The notes under the pieces are model-generated. The model had not been told where the DNA came from, ran no database searches, and saw nothing but the letters and a program-made list of their open reading frames with translations. Of a stretch of DNA of 34,768 bases, positions 1-11,100 are shown one piece after another (positions within the stretch are counted from its first letter, which is position 1; every line of letters begins with the position of its first letter). A program made the translations under genes and the position numbers. This DNA is from Basidiobolus meristosporus CBS 931.73 (taxonomy: Eukaryota; Fungi; Basidiobolomycota), in contig MCFE01000799.1 of NCBI GenBank assembly GCA_002104905.1, positions 1-34,768 on the forward strand. Reading direction: 5' to 3'.

Positions 1-125
1 TTGATCTGGCAAAATGTATATAAGGAGCTGCTGGAACCTCAATAAAAATCAGTTCAAGTTTTAGTGAATACAATAGTAGCTAAACTCCCTATTCCTCTAC
101 AACTCTTATACCAAGACTTGTAACA
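1..125 (+). repeat. 3' part of a Gypsy LTR (same family as 2336-2704), cut by the window edge
   Basis: 1-125 is a near-identical reverse complement of 2336-2460. It ends ...GACTTGTAACA, and CACTA-like sequence resumes immediately after. TATA-like TGTATATAAGG at 15-25. Confidence 0.9.
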
Positions 126-771
126 TGAATATGGCTTGCAGAGTGATAGCTCTCTAGAAGATGGCACACTGATGGATTATAACCTTAGCTCCCCTGACAA
201 GAGTACCATGCATGAGCCCAGCAAAATCCCACTATGGAATTAGACAAGATCTGCAGAAAAAAACACCATAAATACTATGCAGAGCCAAGTGAGCCCAGAA
301 ATCCACCTAGTAATTAATAATGTGATGTTGTAGCTGGAGAAGTGGCATGTTTCCACTAATATCAGTGATTGGGGCTTTAGGAACTTACTACTACTTCTTG
401 CCAAAATCATTCTGGGATGCAACTTACCATGTACATGGCATAAATATACAACCTTTAAGTGGTAGGCAACATAAGACCCAGATACCATCCTGGTACCACA
501 ATGTGTTGACAGCTGCATGACATTCACATCAGAAAATGCCACTATTGCAAGGTGTCCAACTTGTCAAGAATCCACCACCATTGGGGGAAAACATTGTTCC
601 CACTGCAAATATATTCCAGTGATACCCCATCTAAAGAGGCTCATGCAGTCTAACAAATATTGTGAAGCTATAAAGTACTACACTTGGTATCAATCAAGCG
701 CAAAAATATCTAATATCTTTGATGGCAAAGAGTACAATCAGCCAAGAAATAAGATAGAAATGAATGCGTAA
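126..771 (+). mobile_element. EnSpm/CACTA-like transposase fragment (N-terminal region), degenerate
   Basis: Colinear with 8483-9020 and 19790-21060. ORF 517-771 reads CPTCQES...YIPVIPHLKRLMQS. Stops are present. Confidence 0.85.
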
Positions 772-1445
772 CACATTATAGACTTGTTCCAATGTACTAT
801 TCTAGGGCATGCAGCACAATCCATGGTTGCTTAGAACAATTGGGTATGAAATTGTAGCTATCAATAGGCAGGATTTCTCTTGGACAATTTTGTACTATAT
901 GAGACAATCTTGCCAACTATGACACAATCTGGCACAATGAGGTTGGCAAGTATGATTGCACCAACTTGTAATGTTTGCATCATATGTGTATTGAATACTA
1001 CTACTGTGGTAGGTAAGATCAGGTATTTCAATATTTCTTTAATATAATTGGAAATAAATGCATATCACACTATAAGCCACACTGATACTTACCATTTTGG
1101 TTACCATCACTCCAATTGGATGGTATGTCAGTATTTGATTGGGCTAAAAGTATACTGAAGCTGTGAGCCCTCAATTGGCTCATTGACCAATACACAAGCA
1201 ATCTGGTTTGCCATCAAATAGCCCATTTTACCCATTGAGCAAGTTAATCCCTGTTTTTGGTGATTGGTAAGGTGTCATAGCTAGCATGTTAATGATTGCA
1301 AAGGTGCAAATCAGATTAAATAGCTGCTCCAGTGGTACAGATGATGTAAATATATGCAGGGTGTTTATTTGTAGGGGTTCTGTCTCACATTTGAGACAAA
1401 CTTGATGTTAGACTTGTCCCATTGGATAATGCCACATTGGGTTGT

Positions 1446-1741
1446 GACTGCCAAATAGTGCCTTGATCATAGCAGCCCTATACTTTGCCACACTATGTGA
1501 AACATAACTTTACATCTTAATGCAAAGTAGCCACTATGTTTCACCCATGCTGCAGGAGAAAATCCATTATTTGACCTTTTTTTGGGACTAGTGTTGATGA
1601 CCATGTCTAAGAGCACCAAAGGTCTGAAGATATGTATTTAATACTCAGTACCTGTATCACTCTAAATTCATCAGCAGAGGTTTGTAACATGTCACAAAAA
1701 TGCATGGCACTGTCTTGGTCCACTGGCACTATCTGGCACTG
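1446..1741 (-). mobile_element. Tc1/mariner-like MITE, copy 1 (~296 bp)
   Basis: Ends GGCACTATCTGGCACTG followed by TA. A degenerate inverted copy GACTGCCAAATAGTGCC is at 1446. The reverse complement aligns over its length with 1786-2086. Confidence 0.6.
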
Positions 1742-1785
1742 TAAGTGCTTTGTCTGGGTCTCACTCTAGAGCTAATATTTAAATA

Positions 1786-2086
1786 TAGTGCCAGATAGTG
1801 CCAGTGGACTAAGGAAGTGCCCTGCCTTCTTCTGACATGTTAAAAGTTGCAGGAGCCAGATTCAGAGTCCTATGAGGACTGAGTACCAGATACATATCCT
1901 CAGTCCTTCTGTGCTCTTACACATCTGGCACAACACTGATCCCAAAAAAATGGTCAAAAAATGGATCTTCTCCAGTACAATGTGTGAGAAAAAGGGGCTG
2001 CTTTGTATGAATATGAAGAACTATATTTTACACTGTGTGACCAAATATAAGTTCACTTGGCCTCCCTGGCACACTATCTGACAGAA
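1786..2086 (+). mobile_element. Tc1/mariner-like MITE, copy 2 (~301 bp), inverted relative to copy 1
   Basis: Starts TA|TAGTGCCAGATAGTGCC (CAGTG with C>T) and ends CACTATCTGACAGAA|TA. Confidence 0.6.
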
Positions 2087-2335
2087 TAAGTAGAATATAT
2101 TCAATTGCAGACATAACAAACAACTAGGAAGCAACAGCTACTTCTAAGGTATGCCTGCACAGGCCTCAGTCTTGATGCCTGATGGATCCTCATCAAACAA
2201 GTACTTTACTGGCATGTCCAGCTGGCCACTGATATGCAATAGCTTAGGTGTGATTCAAATTTCATAGTACACAAGATGAAATTTGATGGTAGACTTGAAG
2301 ATATCTGGATCTATATTACTGTTGAGCCTTGATAT

Positions 2336-2704
2336 TGTTACAAGTCTTGGTATAAGAGTTGTAGAGGAATAGGGAGTTTAGCTAGTACTGTATTCACTAA
2401 AACTTGAACTGATTTCTATTCAGGTTCCAGCAGCTCCTTATTTACATTTTGCCAGATCAATTGCTGACTAATTGTTTGTATTTCCTAATGTAGGTTGTGG
2501 TTGATGACTCATTTGATTGCATAATCATTACCCACTAAGATCCTACTTAATATATCTATTTCTGTCTGATAAGGATCTGCTGATTTATTTGCTGACTAAT
2601 GCTACTGATTTAATAAGTAATACTGATATACTGATAACCTAAGCATATACTAATTGATTTGACTAAAAACTGATCTAACTTAAACATTCAAGCAGCTGAT
2701 CACA
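2336..2704 (-). repeat. Gypsy 3' LTR (369 bp, TG...CA)
   Basis: Minus strand reads TGTGATCAG...GACTTGTAACA, directly after a purine-rich tract. The right end is confirmed by the second copy at 1-125. Confidence 0.9.
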
Positions 2705-2719
2705 AGATTCTCCCCTACT
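2705..2719 (-). other. Polypurine tract (PPT) of the Gypsy element
   Basis: AGTAGGGGAGAATCT on the minus strand, between the integrase stop and the LTR TG. Confidence 0.75.
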
Positions 2720-3920
2720 AAAGTCGAGAGGGTTCTCCTGATTCTCTTTTCTTGTGATACCAATATCCTGATGGTTCAGTATTATCAGCAAGTCTTGCAA
2801 GCTTGAGTCTGTCCCTATGCACTAAGTCTTCCCAGATATTTCCTTGTTTGTCCACCAGTTGGTAAGTTGCAAATGGATATTCTCTGATGATCTTGAATGG
2901 TCCTGTCCATTGTGGCTCAAACTTCTTCCAAGTGTTGTTTCTTAACAATACAAAGTTCCCAACTGTTAATGCTTCTGGTGCTATAGTCTTATCAAATCTC
3001 TGCTTCATCTTTTCTGCACTTTAAGATACTTTGGTCTGTGCCTCTTGACATCTTTGTTCCAGTTGCTGGTGTCTACTTGGCTGACTGAGTTCATCTTCTA
3101 AGGTGTCTGTAAGCTTTGGTTGCGTGAGATCACCTGGAATCCTTAGTTCACATCCATACACTAAGTAAAATGGTGATTGCTGGGTGGTGTTGTGTACTCT
3201 GACTCTGCATGCAAAGAGTGCTTGGTCTATATACTCATCCCATCTACTGACAACTCCATTTGCATACTTGGTCAGCATTTTTCCAAATAATCCATTAAAC
3301 CGCTCAGTGACTCCATTAGTTCTGGGGTGATATGCCAAGGTTTTCAAGTGTTTGATCTGCTGCATTTTCAGGTAAGCCTCTAATGTCTTTGCCATAAAGT
3401 TTGCTCCTCTATGAGATAAGATCTCCACAGGGCATCCAAACTTCATCAGGATCTCATGGTAAATGAAACTTGCAACTTCTTGTTCACTGGCTATTGGTAC
3501 AGCTTTAGCAACTGGCCATTTAGTGGCATGGTCAATTGCTACTAGGATCCAACAGTTGCATTTCCTGGTAGTTAGCAGTCTTCCAATAAAGTCAATTCCC
3601 CATCTTTCAAATGGTCTTACAGGCTCCAAGGGAAAGAGTTCGGCAATTCTCTGTGATTGGCTTTGGTTGATTTGACAATTTGCGCATGTTTTCACTAGCT
3701 TCTCAAAGTCTTGTTTCATTCTGGGCCACCACGCTCTGGCTTTCACAAGACTATAGGTTCCTTCAATTCCAAGATATCCATATCCATTGTGTAGCTTATG
3801 TATTAAATCTAGGCAAGAAACATAAGGGCAATAGGAAATCAGGCTTCCATCAACAATTCAATAGAGTGTTTCATTGTGTACTACAAACTTGCTGGCTTCA
3901 TCACGGATTATCTTCTTTAT
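2718..3920 (-). pseudogene. Gypsy integrase (H2C2 finger, rve core, GPY/F C-terminus), frameshifted; no chromodomain
   Basis: WWPRMKQDFEKLVKTCANCQ; PFERWGIDFIG...VAIDHATKW; YHPRTNGVTERFNG; KFEPQWTGPF. Confidence 0.92.
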
Positions 3921-3923
3921 CTC

Positions 3924-4500
3924 TTAATCCACCTCATTAGGAATGGCTTTGTCTTTGAAGTACTTTGGTAATAGGCTAGGCCAATCTGATTCATGCACCA
4001 AGTTGAGTTGTGCAACTTGATCTAATCTTGATAAGGCATTGGCAACCGTGTTGTTTTTTCCAGGGCAGTAGACAATCTCCAGGTCAAATTGCTGAATGTA
4101 TTCACTCCATCTTGTCATTCTTCTAGAGAGTACCTTCTGAGTAAATATATACTTGAGGGAGGCATGATCAGTCTTCACAGTGCATTTGATTCCTTCAATA
4201 TAGCTTCTCCATGTCTTCAAACAGTGTATTATAGCAAGCATCTCCTTCTCATGGACTGGATAGTTTTGTTCTGCTGAGTTCAGTTTCTTGGATTCAAAGG
4301 CCACAGGGTAGTCCTTTCCCTTGTTTTCATAGCTCAGCACTCCACTAGTTGCATAATCCAAAGCATCTGTGCATGGAGTGAACTCTTTTCTGAAGTCTGG
4401 TATTCTTAAGCTTGACAGCTTAGCAAGTTCATTCTTGAGCGTTTGGAAGGCAGTTTCTCAAGCTATGTCCCACTTGTAGGTATTGTCTTTCTTGAGGATA
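3924..4500 (-). pseudogene. Gypsy RT connection and RNase H, frameshifted
   Basis: PVAFESKKLNSAEQNYPVHEKEMLAI; TDHASLKY; GKNNTVANALSR. Confidence 0.92.
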
Positions 4501-4504
4501 TCAG

Positions 4505-6350
4505 TTAAAGGGGCTGCAATACTTGCAAACAACTTGACAAATCTCTGATAATAGGAAACCATTTCAAGGAATGATCTGAGCTCTGATATGCTATGGGGCT
4601 GTTCAGATTCTTGATTACTTCCACCTTTTTGGGGTCTAAGGTTACTCCTGTGCTAGTCACTATGTGTCCCAAATATTCAACGTGTTCCTTGAAGAATTCA
4701 CACTTGGCTAGCTTGGCATATAGCTTGTTCTCTCTTAGTTTCCTCAAGACCTTTTCAATGGGCACTACATGATCCTCTTCTGTCTTGCTGTATAGCAATA
4801 TGACATCCAGGTAGATTATCACATACTTGTCTAAGTACTCCTGGAAGACAGTGTGCATCAGGGTCATGAAAGTTGCAGGGGCATTGGTAAGGCCAAAACT
4901 CATGACTAAGTACTTGTAATGTCCATATCTGGTCCTGAATGCTGTCTTAGAGATATCTTCTGGTTTCACCCTAATCTTGTAGTATCCTGACATGAGGTCA
5001 ATCTTGCTGAATATGGTGGCTTTATTAAGTTGGTCCAAAAGCTCATCAATCCAAGGTATGGGGTACTTATTCTTGAGAGTAACTGAGTTCAGGGCTCTGT
5101 AGTCAATGCACATCCTAAGTGTTCCATCCTTCTTTTTCACAAAAAGCACTGGTGCTCCCCAAGGTGACTTGCTGGGTCTGATGTATCCTTGCTCCAATAG
5201 CTGATCAATTTGTCTCATCATTTCCTCCAATTCTAATGGACTCATTCTGTAAGGTGTCTTGCTCACTGGAGGGCTATCTCCTGTGTCAATGGCATGATCT
5301 ATGTCTCTGACTGGTGGTAGGCTTACAAGCTCATCTGGAAACACGTCTGAATATATCTTCAAGAGAGTCTGGACCTGCTGAGGTGCAGGGGTAGAGGAAT
5401 TCTCCTGTAATACCGCCATGAGGAACATCTGGGTACCTTTTCTAAGTGCTCTACAGAACTGGGTCTTGCTAAGTTCACTTGTCCCACACATACTGGAATT
5501 GACCAAGTTGAAATCCAGCCTGGCAGGTAATAGCTCATAGGTCTTGTTGTCTTTTTGGATCTGGGTAGCATGGGTTCTCCAGTTGATTGATGGATTACAA
5601 CAAAATAGCCAGGTTTTTCCACGTACAAGGTCAAACTTGCAGTTTCCAAATATATAAGCCTGTAGGTCTTCTTTATAGTCATTGATCTTCATTCTTACTG
5701 GCTGGGTAATACGGTTGATTATGTGTGAGTTCCCATCAGCTGTTGAGACTGAAGTAGATTTGGTAGGTTCCAAGTTGATTCCAGCTTTCAAAGCAAATTG
5801 CTCTGACATGTACTCATGAGATGCTCCTGAGTCAATCATGATCTTGGCAGGTACTCCATTGATTACTCCATTCAAGTATAATAGCTTTCCTGAGTTTGAG
5901 GTCATCTGGGATAGGTATTCTTCTGTCATGTGGAAAGTGAGTTCTGAGTCTTCTTCAAGTTCATCCTCCATGTTACTATGCTCCATGGCCTCAATACAGT
6001 TAAAGGTTCTTGATGGCTGGTGTCCATTTCTACTCTGAGGGCAGTACTTTACAATATGTCCTTGCTGGTGGCAATTGAAGCAAAGTCCTTTCTTCTTACA
6101 TTCTTCTGAGGTAGTATTCTTCTGCATAGCTTCTATTTCCATTGGTACTGCTTCTGACAGTCTTCTTTCATAATGATTGTAGCTTTTCTGATTAGTCACT
6201 GTAGGCTTTCCAACTCCAAACATAGCTGAGTCATAGTCAATGGCAATCTTAATGGCTTCTTCAATAGTTTGAGGTCTTCAATAATTCACTTCCTTGCAAG
6301 TTCTTTCTTTCAACCCATCAATAAAGTATTCAACTTGATCCAGGGGGTCA
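4505..6350 (-). pseudogene. Gypsy gag C-terminus, zinc knuckle, aspartic protease and reverse transcriptase
   Basis: CFNCHQQGHIVKYC knuckle; IDSGASH protease motif; SPWGAPVLFVKKKDGTLRMCIDYRALN. The RT catalytic YLDD is mutated to YLDV. Confidence 0.95.
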
Positions 6351-7355
6351 AGTATATGCTACCCAAAGTGCTTCTAGCCAGCTCCAATAAATAGTCATAC
6401 CCATATGCAACATTAGAAAAGCAAGGACTGGATGAACTGGATTTGCTTTGACTCCAGTGGCAGTGTGAAGCAACTTGAACCCAGAGTTTATTGAATGCAT
6501 CAGTAGTCCTGTGCTGGCATCTTATGAACAACTATCCAGAATCAGATCATCATTGCTAATTTAGCACATGTGCAGCTTTTCTGCAAGGGTTATATGTTGG
6601 CATTGGTGCAGCTATACAACAAGCACAGAGGTGAGCACTTAGATCTTTGCTACTCTTGTATCCATTCTCTACTCTATCTTTCTTGGAGTGTGGATAATGT
6701 TAGCTCTTATTGCATATCTTGGGAGTTTCTTATCAGGTAGATAAATAAGAAGGGATAAAATATGAAGTTGCCCATACTACCAACTCCCATTCACTTCAAG
6801 AATGTTGCTTTCAGGTCTATCATAGATGTGATGAGTTGATACATGGAGGATGGCTGCAAAGAATCTGAGTATATTGTGGATGGATGGACACTTGGATACA
6901 CCTAAGCTGTTGGCATTACAAGGCTAAACAGCCCAAATATGTAGGCAATCCAGAAAGTGATGCAAGCTTGGGTTGTATGCAGATTATATTAGGTTTCTCC
7001 TGGTGCAAGCCAGTTTCTACAACATTCAATACAGAACATGGAAGCAAGAGTCAGAGTGCACCATTCATGGGGACTAGAGTCTAGCAAGGAGAAGGAATAT
7101 ATTGGTTTGATCAAAAAAGTACCCTGCAGTTATTCTAAAGGTGTCCATGGCAGAAGTGGCAGCAATTAAGCATATGGTTGTGCAATGTACATGTGAATAT
7201 CAATTCCAAGTATATGGTTGCTTTGCAAATATCACACCAGAAAGCTGCAAAGTTAGGTTTTATACCCTAAGTGAAAAGCCCTTTAGAGCAAAGCCAACAA
7301 TGGAGCCAATTGGATTCAAACACAGCCACTGTGAAGATCAAGCCAGGGGGTTGTG
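6350..7355 (+). mobile_element. Old, diverged EnSpm/CACTA-like fragment (DUF4218 region and downstream)
   Basis: Aligns by eye to ~10870-11880, for example GACTGGATGAACTGGAT and GTATCCATTCTCTACTC. Confidence 0.8.
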
Positions 7356-7359
7356 CTTT

Positions 7360-8185
7360 GCCCCCCCCCTAAGTTAATTACTCACTTAAGAACTCAAACC
7401 TAAAATGCAGCATTAGAAGTGCCCTGCTCTATCCAATTGAGCTAAGTGAGCTGAGAAAATTTGGGCGCCTCCCCCACTGGCCTTCCCCTCCCCCTGCCTC
7501 CCCCCACCAGGTGCAGGCTTGGCTTGTCTTTAACAGTCCCCTGCTAAACCTAGCAAACCCCCAGCTCTCTTTCCCACTTGCCCCCCTTGTCCAAGGGCTA
7601 CCAAGGGGAGGATGATCCTACAGTGGTTGGTTGCCTGGATGGTTGGACTAGGGAGCCAATTGGCCTGCCTCAGTAATCAACCCACACAGCGCCCCCCTGG
7701 CTTTAAACAGAAAGGGCCCCCGTGTTGAAAAGGATGGGGGGAAAATGGAAGGGGAAACTGCCCTATGGGGGGCCATTAATTGGCCCCAAGCAAATGGGGA
7801 CCTGCCCTGTATTTGGCAAATAATGGGATTTGAACCTATTCTTACCGTACCACAAACTGCTATTCTACCATTAAATTATACGTGCCTCCAATGCTATTCC
7901 AGATTCCATCACCTACCCTTGAATAAAGGAAGGGGGGACCGGACAGCTGGTAGGGGGAAAGGGGGACAAACACACCAAGGGCTGTAATTGTCCCCAGGGT
8001 TTGGTTGGTTGGCTATCCCCCTGCAGTTTCCCTCCACCACTCTAGTGCAGCCCAAGGAGCAAAGCCCAGAAGGGCTTACTTCCCCTTTTGTAACAATTTG
8101 TATTTTGGGCGGTTACCCCCCCTTTTTCTGTTTGAAAGTGCGTCCCAATTGCCTCCTCTGCCCCCCACTATTGTCCCCCCAACCT
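7360..8185. other. G/C-homopolymer- and hairpin-rich insert; candidate mitochondrial-derived segment (NUMT)
   Basis: Composition differs from the flanking TEs (long C/G runs, hairpin GGGGCCA-ttaat-TGGCCCC, some retained CpG). It contains an organellar-type tRNA-His-like sequence. Confidence 0.5.
7815..7886 (-). tRNA. tRNA-His(GTG)-like, organellar/bacterial type, probably a pseudogene
   Basis: Minus strand: G-GCACGTA TA ATTT AATGGTA GAAT A GCAGT TT GTG GT ACGGT AAGA ATAGG TTCAAAT CCCAT TATTTGC C. It folds as a cloverleaf with single mismatches in three stems, and has an encoded G-1 and discriminator C73. Confidence 0.8.
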
Positions 8186-11100
8186 AGGACTAGACTACTT
8201 TGATTCAATGCTGTAAGAGAAGAGAAAAAAGACTATGTGGCTATTGTGGCAAGCCTCTCAGCCATGAAGCATACAGACAGCATAGGAAGTATTACAAGGA
8301 TGATGGCCAGTGCTTGCCACACAAGTCATATTTAACTGTTCATAGGTCACTACTGTACCAGCATTATCTTGCTGGCCAGTTGATACTCCTATATTGGCAC
8401 CTGGCCATCTTTGTTACCTTGTGCAAACTGAGTCAGGTGAGCTTGTGATGCCTTTAGGCACACCTCAGCCTTCTGAATATGGCACTCAGAGTGATAGCTC
8501 TGATGGAGAAGGTTCACTGATAGATTCTGAGCCTATCTCCCCTAACAACAGTACCACGTATGAGCCTGGTCAAATCCCTATATGCAATGAGACAAAAAAT
8601 GTTGAAACAAATGCCCAAGATACTTTATGTAGCCAAGTGAGCCAAGTAAACATCTACTGGTAAATGATGTAATGTTGTGGCTAGAGAAGTGGTGCATTTC
8701 CACTAATAGCAGTAATGGGGGCTTTAAGGATTTATTACTACTTCTTGCCAAAGTCATACCGGGATGCAACTTACCATGTACATGGTACAAGTGGACAACC
8801 ATCATGCAGCTGGCAATATGTGATCCAGAGACTGTCCTGATTGCAGCATGTGTTAACACTTGCACAGCATTCACATCCAAAAATGCTACCATTGCAATTT
8901 GTCCAAATTGTCAGGAATTCACCACCATTGAGGGAAAATATTGTTCACACTCTGGACATATTCTGGTCATACCCTGTCTGAGGAAGCTGATGCAGTCCAA
9001 CAAATATTGAAAAGCTATACAGTACTGCTGTGGTGGTGTATGGGTCCAAGAAAGAGGTACTTCCAACACTTCTCAAGTGTTTTGTGTGTGGGGTGTTCAC
9101 TGGGTGCAATAACCTCTGGCAAAAGCTTGCTAGAAATACTTGGGTTCTGTCTCTAATCTAATGTGAAGGGGAATAAAGCCACCAGCTTGTTGAGGGAAAA
9201 TTATTGAGCTACAATCCCCAACTTGGCTGGCATCTTAACAAAAGTATGTGCTGGGTTCAATGTCCTTTGAGATGACAATGTACTAAAGCTTCCAAAGTCA
9301 AAACAACTGTAAGCTCCACCAGCAGGGACTTGATATGAATGTAGCTGTGGTCAATAGTTACAAAGACAGAAAAGTATCTTTGTCTGTACAAGAACAAACT
9401 TGGGAAAGAATCAAATATAATTAAAGATATCTACTCTGAGTATTCCTCACAAGTAGTGCCAACAAGGTCAGTTGGCTGTCAGTGTGGTTTCCTGGGAGTG
9501 TCCTGTGGTCTGGGGATGGAAGTTCAGGTAGCAGCAAGTAGCAGTGATCCCACTAATCAACAAGTTGGTATATTGATAAAAGGGATGATGATTTATTGTT
9601 GTGGGATAGCCTCCCTTATATACTTTTCTTACTGGCTAAGTGATTACTAATCATGGTGTTCCAAAAGGTTCTGGATATCAATAGAAATCTCAATAACATC
9701 AGAATGACCCAAGAATGTTCTAAGTAGGTGCCAGAAGGTTCTAAGAGGCACAGCACATCCAACCAATTAGGAATCAGTATTCTGAAACCTGTGTAACATA
9801 GGGATACCATATATGGTATGGAAATGGTAGGGATGGTGACACATGTTGATCATGTGTCACGTGTACTGGTGTAGGTACTTGCCTAATATAGAAGCACTTA
9901 TAGCTAGTAATCCTACATGAAGTGAGGGATAACTTATGCAATAAGGTAAGCAGGTGTGATAGTCCACCGCTTATGGGATAGTACTGATCAGGTAAGACAA
10001 ATGGGATAAAACTAAAATAAGTGTAGTAGAGATATAGTTAAGTAGAAAATATGGGAATGAGCGCATCTGTCAGTGGGTGTCACTGTCACCCCACTACACC
10101 GCACTCAGTATCAATCAAGCACAAACATATCCAATATATTTGATGGCAATCACTACATACAGCTAAGAAGCAAGGGCTACCTTGAAGGTATGTGTGACCA
10201 TGCCTTTGCTTTAGCACTTGATGAATTCTCATTAAACATGTACTCTACCGGCAAATTCTGTTGTCCACTGATTCTCATCAATCTGAATCTGCCACCCACC
10301 TTGAAGTATCAGAGCAAAAATATGATGATTGTCTCACTGGTATCTGAGCCTAAATCACCATCCAACCTGGATAGGTACATGTATCTATTGCTGGATAAAT
10401 TTTGTATGCTTTGTAGCAGGATAATGATAAATGGCTGTCATGTAAAAGCACATATTATTATCTGCATTGGAGATACCCCAGCCATCAGCAAGATAACAGG
10501 TTTTCTGGGCACAAGGAAAGGTATTGCTGTCAAATGTGTTGGATCCATAACTTGCACACATTATTATTACCCAAACACTAGCACTAAGAACATCATCCTA
10601 TCACAGAGAGAATGTACAGAAGTAAGCGTGCAATTGCAGCAAAGTTGGTAAGCTATAAGCCACTGGCTGGAATATGGAATCAACTGAAAACCGGAGACAC
10701 TTAAGATAGAGGGTATCTGTTGGAGCAGAAGCTTTCCACTGGGAGCAATGCATTTGCTTTTTGACAATATCCCTATACTGATGACCAAGTTCTACATGGG
10801 GCATTTCAAGCTAATTGAGCCCTTTGAGATACCGGCAAAATTTGAAAGGATTGGCAAGATATTACACAGTATCCACTGTCCCGGGTACTTCCCATGGGCT
10901 CCAATTAATATTCATACGCATATGCAACAATGTAAATGCCAAGACTGGATGAACTGGATATGTATTTATTCAAGAGGTGTTCTGAAACCATCCCTACCAA
11001 GAGTACATTGGAAGCATTGGGAATCACATGTGGATGTTGTAGGAAAATTTATCCAGAAGCAGATCACCAATGCCAACTTGATACATCTACAGCTGTTGTG

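Larger units (their letters stand above)
2336..6350 (-). mobile_element. Ty3/Gypsy LTR retrotransposon, 5'-truncated within gag, inactive
   Basis: Domain order is gag(CCHC)-PR-RT-RH-INT-PPT-3'LTR, with frameshifts and stops. No 5' LTR or PBS: CACTA-like sequence abuts at ~6350. Confidence 0.95.

Noticed and set aside
772-1445. AT-rich segment between the CACTA fragment and the MITE pair
   Set aside because: Manual translation gave stop-riddled frames with no motif I could recognise. It is probably an old repeat remnant and was left unannotated.
1720-1810. Short repeated GGCACTATCTGGCACT units resembling a repeat array
   Set aside because: These are inverted TIR/subterminal motifs of the MITEs, not direct repeats with unique spacers, so not CRISPR-like.
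2087-2335. Segment between MITE 2 and the Gypsy LTR, with partly open frames
   Set aside because: No recognisable domain in the frames translated.
7367-7373. CCCTAAG as a possible 5' TIR of CACTA copy B
   Set aside because: Only 6 of 7 bases match the expected CCCTATG, the match lies in a C run, downstream bases disagree, and there is no TSD support.
7745-8203. ORFs 7745-7987, 7988-8203 and 8005-8187
   Set aside because: They are low-complexity products of G/C runs, and one crosses the tRNA-like sequence.
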